Shown here: in pieces, positions 40,582-52,451 of the stretch
How positions within the stretch are numbered: position 1 is the first letter of the stretch
Layout of the letters: each line of letters begins with the position of its first letter
From: Yuukianura sp. NJ FZ-2021
Lineage: Eukaryota
NCBI GenBank assembly: GCA_046563655.1
Contig: CM102285.1
Coordinates: 744,001 to 808,000 of the forward strand
Length of the DNA: 64,000 nt
Direction of reading: 5' to 3'
Program-made: the position numbers and the translations under genes
The notes under the pieces: model-generated
What the model was told of the DNA's origin: nothing
The model's database searches: none
The model's input: the letters and a program-made list of their open reading frames with translations, nothing else

Positions 40582-41916
40582 CATCGTCCGAAACTATCCT
40601 GTACTAATTTCTCAAATTTACAGTGCGGTATCAATAACGTTAGAGCGGAAAATGCATCAAAATTACACAATTAATTTTTTGAACTTAAAAAATTAAAAAA
40701 TAATTAAAAAATTTTTTTCTTCAAATTTTTTAATTTCCGGTTGAGAAATGTTGTTTAACTCGTAAAGTATAACTACCGCTCGAAAGCAAAATGGCGGCCA
40801 CTGCACATGCAATATGCAAATACAATGCTACAACGTTGAAAAATTTAGTGGAACCGATTACCATAAACGTATTATAACGTTACATGTAGGTAATACATTT
40901 AATAAGAGCTGGTTGTAACGACCGCTAGGTGTACCGCTTGCTAGCTACGCTCCGACCATCCATTACTACTAAACCCCATTTTCGCAATTAACAACCTATT
41001 TAACAGTAATAAAAAGTGAATATACTCATTTTGAGCTGTTTTCACGACCGCTAGGTGTACCGCTTGCTAGCTACGCTCCGACCATCAATTACAACTAAAC
41101 CACATTTTCACAATTAACAACCTATTTACTTGCAACACAAAGCGAACATATTCATTCTGAGCTCTTTTAACAACCGCTAGGTGTACCGCTTGCTAGCTAC
41201 GCTCCGACTATCAATTACAACTAAACCCCAGATATATTACAATTTAAATGTCGAAGCGTACCTAGCAAGCGTTGCATTTAGCGGTCACTAAACTTAGGTT
41301 AGAATACATTCATAAGCTTAAGGCAACATGTACAACATTTTTTAGTGTTAAAGCCGTATTAATATTAATTTTAATGTCGAAGCGTAGCTAGCAAGCGGGG
41401 CATTTAGCGGTCACTAAACGAAGGTTAGAATACATGCATAAGCTTTAGGCAACATGGATAACATTTTTTAGTTGTGGAACCGTATTAATATTAATGTTGA
41501 TGTTAAAGCGTAGCTAGTAAGCGGTGCATCTAGCGGTCACAAAAAATGGCTTACAGCACATGTATTAACTTCCTGTTACAGGTTCTTACGATTGTTATAC
41601 GACAAGCGTGAATGTGTATCGTTAATCGTGAAGTTTTGATTGGGTGTTACAACATCCGCCATTTTGCTTTCGAGCGGTACTTAGGGTAATTAACGGTACT
41701 TTGGAAATCCAAAAGAAAAAAAAATTTTTTAATTTAAAAAAATTTTTTTTTTAATTAAAAATTAATTATTTTTTAAATTTTAATAATGTTATTTAATTTA
41801 TGTTAATCTGTTTTTCATCAATAAACTGTTAATGCAACACACTGTAAATTCGAGAAATTGAGTATAGCCTCGACAGGGAGGATATATAGAGTCGTACAGG
41901 ATAGTTTCGGACGATG
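40582..41916. mobile_element. Foldback-type non-autonomous TIR element (P/hAT-like, 8-bp TSD)
   Basis: Perfect 23-bp TIR CATCGTCCGAAACTATCCTGTAC, TSD GATGCCAC (40574-40581 and 41917-41924), and mirrored internal 126-bp repeats. Confidence 0.93.
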
Positions 41917-41917
41917 G

Positions 41918-42292
41918 ATGCCACCAAAGGTGAGCGGAAAAGCGGCGAAGAAGGCAGGGAAGGCGCAGAAGAACATCTCGAAGGGCGACAAGAAGAAGAA
42001 GAAGATGAAGCGGAAGGAGTCCTACGCCATCTACATCTACAAGGTCCTCAAGCAAGTCCATCCAGACACTGGCGTCTCCTCCAAAGCCATGTCCATCATG
42101 AACTCTTTCGTCAACGACATCTTCGAAAGGATCGCAGCAGAGGCCTCACGACTCTCGCACTACAACAAGCGCACCACCATCACTTCCCGCGAAATTCAAA
42201 CTGCAGTGCGACTCCTGCTGCCTGGAGAACTGGCTAAACACGCAGTGTCTGAAGGGACGAAGGCTGTGACCAAGTACACTTCTTCCAAGTAA
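41918..42292 (+). CDS. His2B: Histone H2B
   Basis: [18 protein letters not shown]...AVTKYTSSK; intact ORF. Confidence 0.97.
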   Translation: MPPKVSGKAAKKAGKAQKNISKGDKKKKKMKRKESYAIYIYKVLKQVHPDTGVSSKAMSIMNSFVNDIFERIAAEASRLSHYNKRTTITSREIQTAVRLLLPGELAKHAVSEGTKAVTKYTSSK

Positions 42293-42323
42293 ATCTCAAC
42301 ATCACCAGTCCAGTTAAACCAAA

Positions 42324-42339
42324 GGCCCTTTTAAGGGCC
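42324..42339 (+). terminator. Histone 3' stem-loop (H2B)
   Basis: GGCCCTTTTAAGGGCC followed by AAAGAG. Confidence 0.95.
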
Positions 42340-42637
42340 ACCACAATCTACAAAGAGCAAAAAAAAAGTTTAAAAAAAGTCTGTAAAGAGAGGGAAGGGA
42401 AAGAAATCGATTTTCGAGTAAAGTCTTGTTTAATTTAGAGCCGGGAGTTTCACCAGGTTCGGCTTGTGGAGTTGCAGAGGCCACCTCTTAATTTCTTGAG
42501 TCAATTGCAGTTGTTTTAATTGAGTTTAGTGTATCGAGATTTGTAAAAGACTTGCAAAAAAGTTAGAATATCATTAAAAAGTTTGCGGTTTGATTGAATT
42601 TGTTGTTTCATCTCTGTGTTATTTCCCTTCTCCTCTT

Positions 42638-42757
42638 GCCAAGGTCCATACCACGTTGAAAGCACCAGTTCTCGTCCGATCACTGAAGTTAAGCAACGTC
42701 GGGCCCGGTTAGTACTTGGATGGGTGACCGCCTGGGAACCCCGGGTGCTCTTGGCAT
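42638..42757 (+). rRNA. 5S rRNA: 5S rRNA, copy 1
   Basis: GCCAAGGTCCATACCACGTTGAA...GTTAGTACTTGGATGGGTGACCGCCTGGGAA...TTGGC with an oligo-T Pol III terminator. Confidence 0.97.
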
Positions 42758-43215
42758 TCTTTTTTTTTGGTACTAAATTCATTTTTTTTTTCTACGTGGT
42801 TGAAGACTGTTTTCTAATGACGTCACCAAAAAAAAATTTTGAGGAATAAAAATAAATAAGCCTAATAACAATGAAAGGATATTAACATTTGCTTTATGTG
42901 ACGTAGGAACCAACAACCATACCTACTAATTTAACATCTCTGAAAGCTAAAATTCAGTTGAATTTTTCACAATTCAAATATCAATAAAAGTTGAAATTCA
43001 GTTGAATTTTTCATAATTGAACTGCTTCTCGAAGATAGAATTTAGTTAAAATTTTCACAATTCAAATACCCCTAAAGTCTAAAAAAAACTCTTAAGAAGC
43101 AGGTTTTATTGTTATGTTAATTAAGTAGCGTAGTTATCCAAACTCCATCTCACATTACATGACCGAACAAATACTTTATTAGATGTGCAAAAATTTAGAA
43201 CATTTTTTGTCGTAA

Positions 43216-43941
43216 TTAGGTGTTGCAATTTTTCCATGAGAATGTAGCGGTTTTGGTTGTATCAAAACCTAAGCTTTTTAAAACCATTAGTACTGCCCTT
43301 TTCGTTTTCCTTTTAAGACGCTTCCTGGGGGACTCGACAAAGTAAACAGTCATTCCAGAGTAACACATAGTGTCAATTACAGTTGATCCATCTGTCCACA
43401 CAATTGCACGCATAACGCTTCCATCACCTACCAAATTCTCGTATATTTTTGTATTCTTTTTGCTCATCTTTTCCAAAATTGCGTGACGAAAGGCACAGTT
43501 TTCGTGAACGGAAGGTTTGTTTCCAACGTAGACCGTTTCGACGCACCGTATTGCCTCGGTTGGAGATTGGCCCATTTGATATGTCCATCCAACTCTAACG
43601 TTTCCATGACTAAAGGTATGGGAGAATCGTCCACCGGACATCACAACCTGATTGGATATGAAGCAGATCGAGTCCAAGTCGGCATCACTAGAAATTGGTA
43701 CTCCGCGCATGTACAGGCTGTCGCCATATGCTCCAAGTTGACTACTCATGACTACGTAATTGGCTTTGCTCAGAGCCCTTTGAAGTGCACTGTGATTGTG
43801 CGGTAAAGATTGACCGAGGCAGCGACAATCGTCACATTGCGGCTCCAGAATGTCTTCCATTCCCCACGATTTTCCTTCTACACGTTCTGTAAATAACGTA
43901 ACTAAAACAAGAAGTAGATACTTCCAACTGTGTAAAAACAT
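43216..43941 (-). CDS. Secreted protein, possibly lipocalin-like
   Basis: Uninterrupted 241-aa ORF with a signal peptide. The C-terminal part (VWTDG....C; ESP..L......LKSLGFDT......NC) resembles lipocalin SCR2/SCR3 and the terminal helix. Confidence 0.6.
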   Translation of the reverse strand: MFLHSWKYLLLVLVTLFTERVEGKSWGMEDILEPQCDDCRCLGQSLPHNHSALQRALSKANYVVMSSQLGAYGDSLYMRGVPISSDADLDSICFISNQVVMSGGRFSHTFSHGNVRVGWTYQMGQSPTEAIRCVETVYVGNKPSVHENCAFRHAILEKMSKKNTKIYENLVGDGSVMRAIVWTDGSTVIDTMCYSGMTVYFVESPRKRLKRKTKRAVLMVLKSLGFDTTKTATFSWKNCNT

Positions 43942-45128
43942 GACTTTAAATTGTGGCCGTGTGACCTTTTGACCTGAGTGACGAGAGATTGGGACGAAGA
44001 TGAACCTTCTGGTGTGAGAAGAGTGGATGAAGCCAATACAAACTGAAGTTGAGGCAAATAGTGCTTTCTTGCAACTGGAAACTAAACAGCCTATCTCTTA
44101 GCGTTTATATAATACAATTTTATTACGGAAAGCTACTTTATGTATAGACTCTGTCTGTTTGTCTGTCTGACCGGACATAGACGGCGATTATCTCGAAAAC
44201 GGCTCAACATTTCCGGGATCTGTTTAACCTTATGAACACATTACACATCTTCATATTCATATTTCAACTCTTGTTGAAATCTTGTCAACTCTTGGTATTC
44301 ACTCTCTTGAATGCCATCACGGTGGGTCAACTTTTTTCGAGTCAACCAGTATTATCTCTTGTAACGTAGAAAATGACCTCTACAAAAGTTTTTTTTGTCT
44401 CATCGAGACAGACAGCTTGCGTTTACATCATGTCGATCTTAAAGTGCACTCGTTCCCAGTCAAAGGTAATCGTTTTTGATTTGTTCATAGGCACTAACTT
44501 CACCATTAAATTCCGACTTGCGGCCGGCTTATTTTCCACTCTGTTCTTACTTATCGCCGAATCCGTTCCAAAATTTGCAATTCAGTAGTACGTGGCAAAA
44601 TTAGATGCGGTAAGCATATATAAGTATGATAAAGGCAAAGGGGTAACAGATTTTCCGACGAAAGCCTGTGCTGGCGATAAAAAAAATGCGCGTGTGAGCC
44701 TTCTTTTGCAAAAATACTATAATACATATGAATATTAATAAGCCAAAAATTAACTGCTGTATTAAGTAGGTTTTATTTTAATTGGTATAGATTCACAGTA
44801 TGATTAATACCACTCCCTAAATACTAATATAGTTAAGGGTTTAAACACGAAGTAAGTAGGCTTTAAAAATCGTTTTTCTCAACACAAACAAAAGTTGGTG
44901 AATGCAACAATTCATATAAAGGTCTGCAAAAAATAATTTTGTTGGCACAACTTGCACCAAATATTAATTACTTTTTATATGAATTTTACCAATTTTTCCT
45001 GGAGTAACGATGAGTGAGTTAATTCTAAAAATGGAGTTGAGTTTAGTGTAGCAAGATTTGGGAACATGTTTGTCATAACGTCGACTGAATTCGTTGTTTC
45101 ATGTATGCGTTATTTCCCATGTTCTGTC

Positions 45129-45248
45129 GCCAAGGTCCATACCACGTTGAAAGCACCAGTTCTCGTCCGATCACTGAAGTTAAGCAACGTCGGGCCCGGT
45201 TAGTACTTGGATGGGTGACCGCCTGGGAACCCCGGGTGCTCTTGGCTT
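45129..45248 (+). rRNA. 5S rRNA: 5S rRNA, copy 2
   Basis: Essentially identical to copy 1, with an oligo-T terminator. Confidence 0.97.
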
Positions 45249-45401
45249 TCTTTTTTTTGACAAGTTTATATAAAATCTATTTTTTTATATTCCATGTATT
45301 TAACTATCATATTACTACCTAAAATGAAATCTAGGTTTGAAGTGTGTCATGGTTTGATTTTGCGAATAGAGTGTTGCCATGCGGTGATTGATTTCTCGCT
45401 T

Positions 45402-45529
45402 TTGCAGGAATTTCAAATCAACAATTTTTTTGGCATTGAATTGTTTGTTTGTTTTAGGCATGGGTAAACATGCCTAAAACAAACAAACAATTCAATGCCA
45501 AAAAAATTGTTGATTTGAAATTCCTGCAA
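45402..45529. repeat. Perfect inverted repeat with 61-bp arms and a 6-nt loop
   Basis: 45402-45462 is the exact reverse complement of 45469-45529; loop GGTAAA. Confidence 0.95.
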
Positions 45530-46399
45530 TATTCCTGCAATATTTGAAATTCCTATAATATTAAGTTCGTAAATATTTCGAGCTTTTTCAGTAAATATTA
45601 TATTTATTTAAATATGGCACTCAATCGTAAAGAGTTCAAATATTTATTATTTTTAATTAATAAAAAATAATTTATATTTGGAGGCATCCATGCCCCTCCG
45701 TATATTTCGCCGGTTTTTAATAAATATTTTTGGCACGTCTGAGATATGTCAACAATTTTACATATTCAAATTCAATACCAGCACCTAATAAAATAGAAAT
45801 TTAGAATTTATTTAGAATTAAGGCGATGTTTCAAAAAAAAAAGTCATCCCTGTAGGAATATTACGATATCGTTATCGGAATAATATGTTATAAGAGCCAC
45901 TTAGCTTTTTATAAAGTTTTGTTTGGGAAATTGTTGTTTAAAGTTGCTACCATCTTATTCATTTAAGGTTGCTTTTACATTGATTATTTATAGCACCATG
46001 GGACTTACGTTCCTACTCCCAAATTTATTATGCTATTTGGAGCACACAAATGTTGACTTGAATTGAAAATTTTTACTACAACATTGAGTAAAAATTAATG
46101 TCAGAAATGCCCTGAATGCCAGAAATGCATTCAAGAACTATGCCCTATTTTTGCAGAAAAAATTTCTGCAGTTTAGGTGATTTTTGTGTTATGTGAATGT
46201 GAAAATTAGAGTCTTTTCCTGAAGTTAGTAGATATATTTTAAAACATTCCTGATTATAAAAATGCAGTTAAACAATTCGAATGAAATCACGTGGGTCTGA
46301 AAATATAATGTTGTAATTCATGAAAAAACTTTACTCTTCCTTCCTGCTTTAGTGGATTAACTTGACGGGGTAGTAATTTTACAATTGACAATTCCAAAT

Positions 46400-48900
46400 A
46401 CCAAGGAAACTTAGGTCGCAGGTCGCGTTTGTGGATAGTAGTACGGAGAGGAAGGAGTGAACGGCCCGTGCGACTCTGGAATTAAAAAACAACAGTTTGA
46501 ACCAATTCCTATTCCAAGTCCAACCCCCTCCAATTCCAGCAATACTACAGCCAACATTACCTGTTGAATTTGGAGTGGGCGTTACCGAAGGGATGATGCG
46601 TAGCATTTCACACTGCTCACAGATGTTGAGATCAGGGTGATTTCGAAAGGTACATTTACTACATTCCCATTGAACTGCATTCAATCTCAGTGAATTGGGA
46701 GGAGGAGGCCTTGGTGGTGGGACTTTTCGGGTGGGACCTGTAGGGAGTTGGTGGGATCCGGTGGGTAGCCTCCCCACTGGACTACGACTTGAGGACTGGA
46801 TTACACCACTGGTTGAAGCCAACGGTGACATTGGAACGATGGGATTCGCATCTTGTCTTGGACTTCTTTCTCGGTAAAACTCGGCACTCGTTTCACCCAG
46901 AGGAACTAAATTTTCAAAACACACGTTTACTTCCCAACATCATTCTAGATGAAGGTTAAGTTTTTTAAGTTAAGAACTTACTGGAACCATCCGTGTAGGA
47001 ATCAACTTCGGAAGTCAGGATATTGCATTGGTGTTGAAGGCGCTCATTGTCTTTCTTTAGTTTCTCAATCTAAAAGAAAAGATGATAAAATCAAATGATT
47101 TCTGTACGATGTTAGAAACTCTTTCTTGTAATGCAGAATTTGGCACAGAAGGAAAAAAAATTTCAGGAAATCCCGATTCCTGAGTGAGATGGCAATGGAA
47201 ACGGGAAAGCTTGCCAAAATGTAACATTAGAAACCTCATTCTAGAAAAGTTCTCTGAACACTGATTCTCGCAAGATATTCTTTTCGGTGGGGTTTACGGT
47301 TAGTTCCGTGTCATACTCCTAGCCGTGACATTACAAAAACCGGAAGAAAACAAAGCCGAGGTTGAGACATGTACCGATCCATGTTGAAAACAAATTCATT
47401 TTAAAGTTAATCGGTTAGTTGTGGTTGTGGTATGAAATTCCTAAATCCTAAAAGATTGTCCTTAACCAGGTTAACAGTTAAGCTTGATTACGAATGTTAT
47501 TGCAGATAAGATACATTACCCGCAAAATTGGCTCTAACTGTTTCTGGAGAAATTGTACGTCTCGTCTGAGGCTGGTAAGCTCCGCCTGTTTTGTCTGAAC
47601 AACAAGTCTCAACTTCTCTTTCTTCGCGAACTGCGATGCCAGGAGTTCTAAAAAATGAATCAAGTTAGTAATTAACAATATACTGCCAGTGAATACTATA
47701 AAAATGTACCGTACCTGTATCAAACTCCGACAGAGAGGATTTACGACTTTGATGAGGTCCACCGATGGAATTCCCAACGTAAAATCCTCCACCCGGAGGC
47801 GGTGCAGATTGAAACTCCAAACTCTCCTTGGATAAACTGCAAGATCGAAAATTAGATAAATTACGATTTCTTGGTGGAGCAATCGGTGTTCTCCGTGGAA
47901 TCGGAGGAGGACTGGGCTCGGGCTGTCTTGTTCGCAAAGAAATGGGTTCGTTGTGACGATCTGACAAGTGCAATTCCGGCGGAATTGAGGCTGCTTTTAC
48001 TCGACGCCTTAAATTTTCAACATTGTTTTGAATTGGTTCCAAAGTTAAATTGAGAACAGACGCAGCGCGATTATTTTTGAGCAAGTTGAGTCCACGGTTG
48101 AGCAATCCTTTAAGGCGACGTTTCCCTTCCCTTAGTCCAGAGGCTGACGTGCGTCGTGGGGGCAGGTTTTCATCGTACAATTGGATATTGTGAATGATTT
48201 GCCGTGGTTTATGCTTTAAGGCAACGGTGCTGATGATTGGGCTTGCACTGTTCCAATAAAATTGATTTTCACTTGCATAATTCAAATCCATATGTTTCGG
48301 ATTGCGACAAAAGGAGGTGACTGTGTAGTATTGACAAGGCACAGGCTCCGCATCTTCCAAATGATCACGGACAATAGTATTGTCAACCACCGGTACCAAA
48401 ATGGCGTTGGTCATTGTAAGCCTCGGTAACGTTGGGTCATCGTCAATGTACATTGTGAGTGAAGTCGTAGTTGAACCAGGAACTTGGGCCATTGGTTGAA
48501 GTTGGCACGTAGAAATGGTCATTTGGGTTGGAGGTCAGCTAATTTTGATGTCTTATTCTGCCGATGATACTGAAACTGATCAAATTGTAGTTGGAGTCTC
48601 TGGAGAACGAAAGTGTTAGCGAACTGTGTATTCAAGTTTTGCAAATTTTTTCGCAAAAAAAAAACTGAGAAGGGAGAACAAGACAACCACGACCCAGAGT
48701 TGCTAAAATACTAACCAAAAGAACTAACCTGTGGTGTATAGGATTTGGACTATTTTTAACTTCCACTAGTTTTACTCGGCCATGGGACTCTCCATCCTCT
48801 TGTGGGCCAACTCTGCTCGTCTCATCGTCACCAAAAATTCGGGGATTTGAAGATTTTGGACTGAATCCCGATTCAGACCCACCCATCATAGTGTCGTTCA
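46400..48900 (-). CDS. Tab2: TAB2/TAB3-like adaptor (coiled coil plus C-terminal NZF zinc finger); ends uncertain
   Basis: WECSKCTFRNHPDLNICEQCEM (RanBP2/NZF) preceded by a Pro-rich region and coiled coil (LLASQFAKKEKL...LRRDV). Confidence 0.7.
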
Positions 48901-50052
48901 AAAAACGAGTAGTTGAGCCAGGGTTTCTTTCGATTTCTGATTCTTGGTTAGGACGTCCGTCAGTAATAGCCTTCGAGCAGCTGTTATGGTTATAACATAG
49001 TGAGGGTTAGGCGCTGTAGCTTGAAAAATCGTTCCCAATACAAATTGTGTTACACTCGTACATTAGAATGATACTTCACCAGGGTCGAAACTCGGAATGG
49101 GACAACTTGCATTCGGCCGATTAGTACTTCCGGTTTAGTATGTGGCGCTGGCGATCAACACATTCCAGGAAAGTCGTTCCTGTAAAAAAAAATAACGGAG
49201 AATGTTGTGATGTACATGTTGTAATTAATCGCGAAATTTTAGAACATGATAGATTCTTGACTAAATTAAACATGATCAGCTGTTTACCGTCTATTAAAAC
49301 GATCTTTCATTATCTCCAGCAATAAGCCAGCTAGACACTTTTAGTAGGAGTAAGTACACTACGTTTTTCACAAGTTGTAAAAGATGGTTACCTTGTGTGC
49401 TTCTTTTTGGACTTGGATAATTAATTGTTTTGTATGCAGTCCAATTAAGATGAAAAATTACTGCTGTATTTGTAGTTTCATCACAGATTTTACTTCCACT
49501 TGTGATCTCGTGATGTGATGAACAGACGACGAGATTACATAAACATAGGCGCAAGGTGCAGGGTTTTAGAGAAAGTGAACTCACACCAAACTTATCAATT
49601 ATAGCAACTACAAACTCAAAATTAATCGTACCATGTTGAACGTTCAAATTACAAACAGTTTTAAAACAAGTCGTTCCCAAAAAGTATATGGGATGGGAAT
49701 AGAGTACAAGAATAACACAACGATAAATGATGGTTACATCGCGAAGCCATACACCTTACGTCAACCAGAAGTTTTAAATTTTATAAAGTCAGCTGTTAAC
49801 GTAAGCGAAAGCGAAAGTGAAAATCAATTCTGGAATTAGATTTTTCCGTTTCATTTAACGTTTTAGTTTTTGATTACGATTCGGATTGGGTAAGACAGAT
49901 CAGAAACGGGTAAGTCGTGTCATTTTACCTCCATCAAGATCGTATTGAAATGATTTAGTCAACTTGAAATAATCTGGCAACAATTGATAAAATGTTTCGT
50001 TTTCACAGATCGGCATCACTTCTTTGCTATCGATCACCACCATCCAAACACA

Positions 50053-51056
50053 ATGCAAGCAATCTGGAAGTATTCTTGCAGAACGGGGTTTCGAAATCTG
50101 AGATCCCGGGATGAATTTCACTATACTTTGACGTGGACTGCAACTTCACGATACATTCATTCGTCTACGGTTGCTTCCCAACCAGCAGCATCAGAAGACG
50201 TTGCTACCACTGCCAAAACGGAAGATTTTTTAGAGCCCGAGACTAAGCCTAAGGAGCTGAGCGAAGAAGAAGTGTTGAAAATACGAAACAAGTCGCGCTT
50301 GAAGCCCCATCAATTCGAATTAATCAATTCCGAGAAACCTTTCCCTGACGAAGGACTTTGGTACCGCAACACAACCAAATTCAGAAGAAGACTTTACGCC
50401 AAGATGGGAGAAGCTAGCGGTGTTAATCCAGGGATTCAATGGCCAACCCACGACGAGTTGAAGAGAAGGCTGGAATATGAAAGTGTTGCTTATCCCCTTA
50501 CACTACAAGAGATGATGGACAGAGTCAAAGAAAAACGTCGAATCGAAAAGGAATATATTGACAACCGGTAAGATTACCGCGTTAGTGTAAGTTAAGAAAG
50601 TAAGGAAACTGAATTTGATATTTGTTATTTAGGACGAAGGAGATCGAAGCAAAAGTGGCACTCATTGATAAAGTAATCAAAGAAGTTCATGACAAACGAG
50701 CTCAAAAGGAGAGAGAAGTACTCAAGGCCCAGGTTAGTAAAATTAGAAATAAAGAATCTCAATTAGTATGCATTGCGTGTTACCCACGTTAATTCTATGT
50801 CTGTTTTGTTTAGGAAAAGAAGGCTAAGATGATGGAGGAGGTCAGAAGGCATTTTGGCTACACGATGGATCCAAGAGACGAGCGCTTCCAGGAACTTCTG
50901 GAGAAAAAAGAGAAGGAAGAGAAAAAACGTTCAAAGGATGCCAAAAAGATGGAAAGAGAGAGACAAATGATTGAGCGTTTACAACAAAAGTCAGCGGCAG
51001 CGATGCAAGGAAAATCGAAACCGAAGCCCAAGGATACTGAAATGGAAGAAGATTAA
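50053..51056 (+). CDS. CRIF1: CRIF1/GADD45GIP1 (mitoribosomal mL64)
   Basis: Mitochondrial-like leader, RRLYAKMGEASGVNPGIQWPT and EEVRRHFGYTMDPRDERFQELL; three exons. Confidence 0.88.
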
Positions 51057-52451
51057 GCCATCGACGTTTTCAGTATTTTTAAGTCTCCCAGACACCTCGA
51101 CCTCATGTCATCTTAGCGTATAGCGTTGATGTAATTAGGCTTTGTAAATTATGAAATTGGGTTGAAGTAATTTAATAAAACTTGGTTTGTATTCATAGCC
51201 GGCTTCACATCGTGGATTTGTTTTCAGCCTAACCAATATCCAAGACAGTTTAAAATATCTTAAGTATTATAAAAATAATTTAGTAACAAATATAACAACA
51301 AATACTAACTTTTATAACTTTTTTTATATAGTAGTAACAGTAACAGCATCCGAATCTGCAAATTAGAGGAAAAGCGCGAAAAACTTTTTGAAAAACAGTT
51401 CTGTTGAGAGGAGAGCGAGAGACGAGTTTTTGCACACATCATGTGTCAGACATGTGAGCAGAATAGCACTGTCTAATTAGCTGACAAGGCAGAAATCTCA
51501 GGAAAATTTTACTCATCTATTTCTTTGATCTTTTATCTTTCTTTCGTAAGTTTATGGCGTGTTTTTGCATATTCTATATTTTATACATCTTCTTATGATA
51601 ATTTTTTTCAAATACTAAGTAATTATAATTAATTAGACACCAGTATTTGGAAAATACGGCTTTTAAATATAGATTCGTGAGTCGGAATTTACTTTTTGCG
51701 TTTCCGACGATTCTGAGAATTAGAAGCAAGTAAAAAAAGTGGAACAGAAAGTTGACTGACGTAGATTGAATAACTGCTAATTCAGTGCTCATTTCATTTG
51801 TCAAGGTGGAAACTGCAATACATCGTTACATGGCCTCGTCGCCTGTCGCAAGACTTCTTCTGCCAATATCACGTTGTGACAAACGTTGGCCATGTCTCGC
51901 TTTAACGGTAATTAAATTCATTCTTGATTTAACTTTTAACATTTTCAATTCAGGTTTTTCGAAAGGTTGAGCTGAGCCTAGTTTTTTCCGCATATTATCT
52001 TTTTCCTATATCAAGTTGATATGTGACACAGAAACCAGTTTTCGCGTGATTTCTTAACAATGTTATATGGGAATCTCAGGCATGACGCATGAGATGGACA
52101 TGAGACATGACGGAGACGGTTATGTAGATACATCAAGGTGTTGTCTCAGTTTTTGACCTTGTGAAAATTTCCGACTCCTTTTCCTTGTTGATGCTACGCT
52201 ACTTCTTATGACAAAATGCCAAAACGGTGCGAAGCTGTCGTAAATAATGTCTTATCGGACATCTTTGTGCGTCATTCATTTCATTATATAATCACAAAAC
52301 AACGACAGTTTGATGTTTGCGAGGTACTTAAAGGTAAACTTTGTGCCGACTTAAATCCAAAACCAATAGCATAGGGGTTCTTCATCCTTCCTGCCTAAAA
52401 AACGTTTCCTCATTTGACTTATAAAACGATTTTTTGTCGTTTTTGTTGCAG

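Noticed and set aside
40921-41230. Three regularly spaced identical ~35-bp repeats resembling a CRISPR array
   Set aside because: The spacers are homologous to each other, the repeats lie inside a TIR element in a eukaryotic genome, and there are no cas genes.
41858-41917. N-terminal extension of H2B in the ORF track
   Set aside because: Derives from the transposon end and a non-ATG start; the real start is 41918.
42516-42849. ORFs over the 5S gene (also 45101-45322)
   Set aside because: Spurious translations of 5S rRNA.
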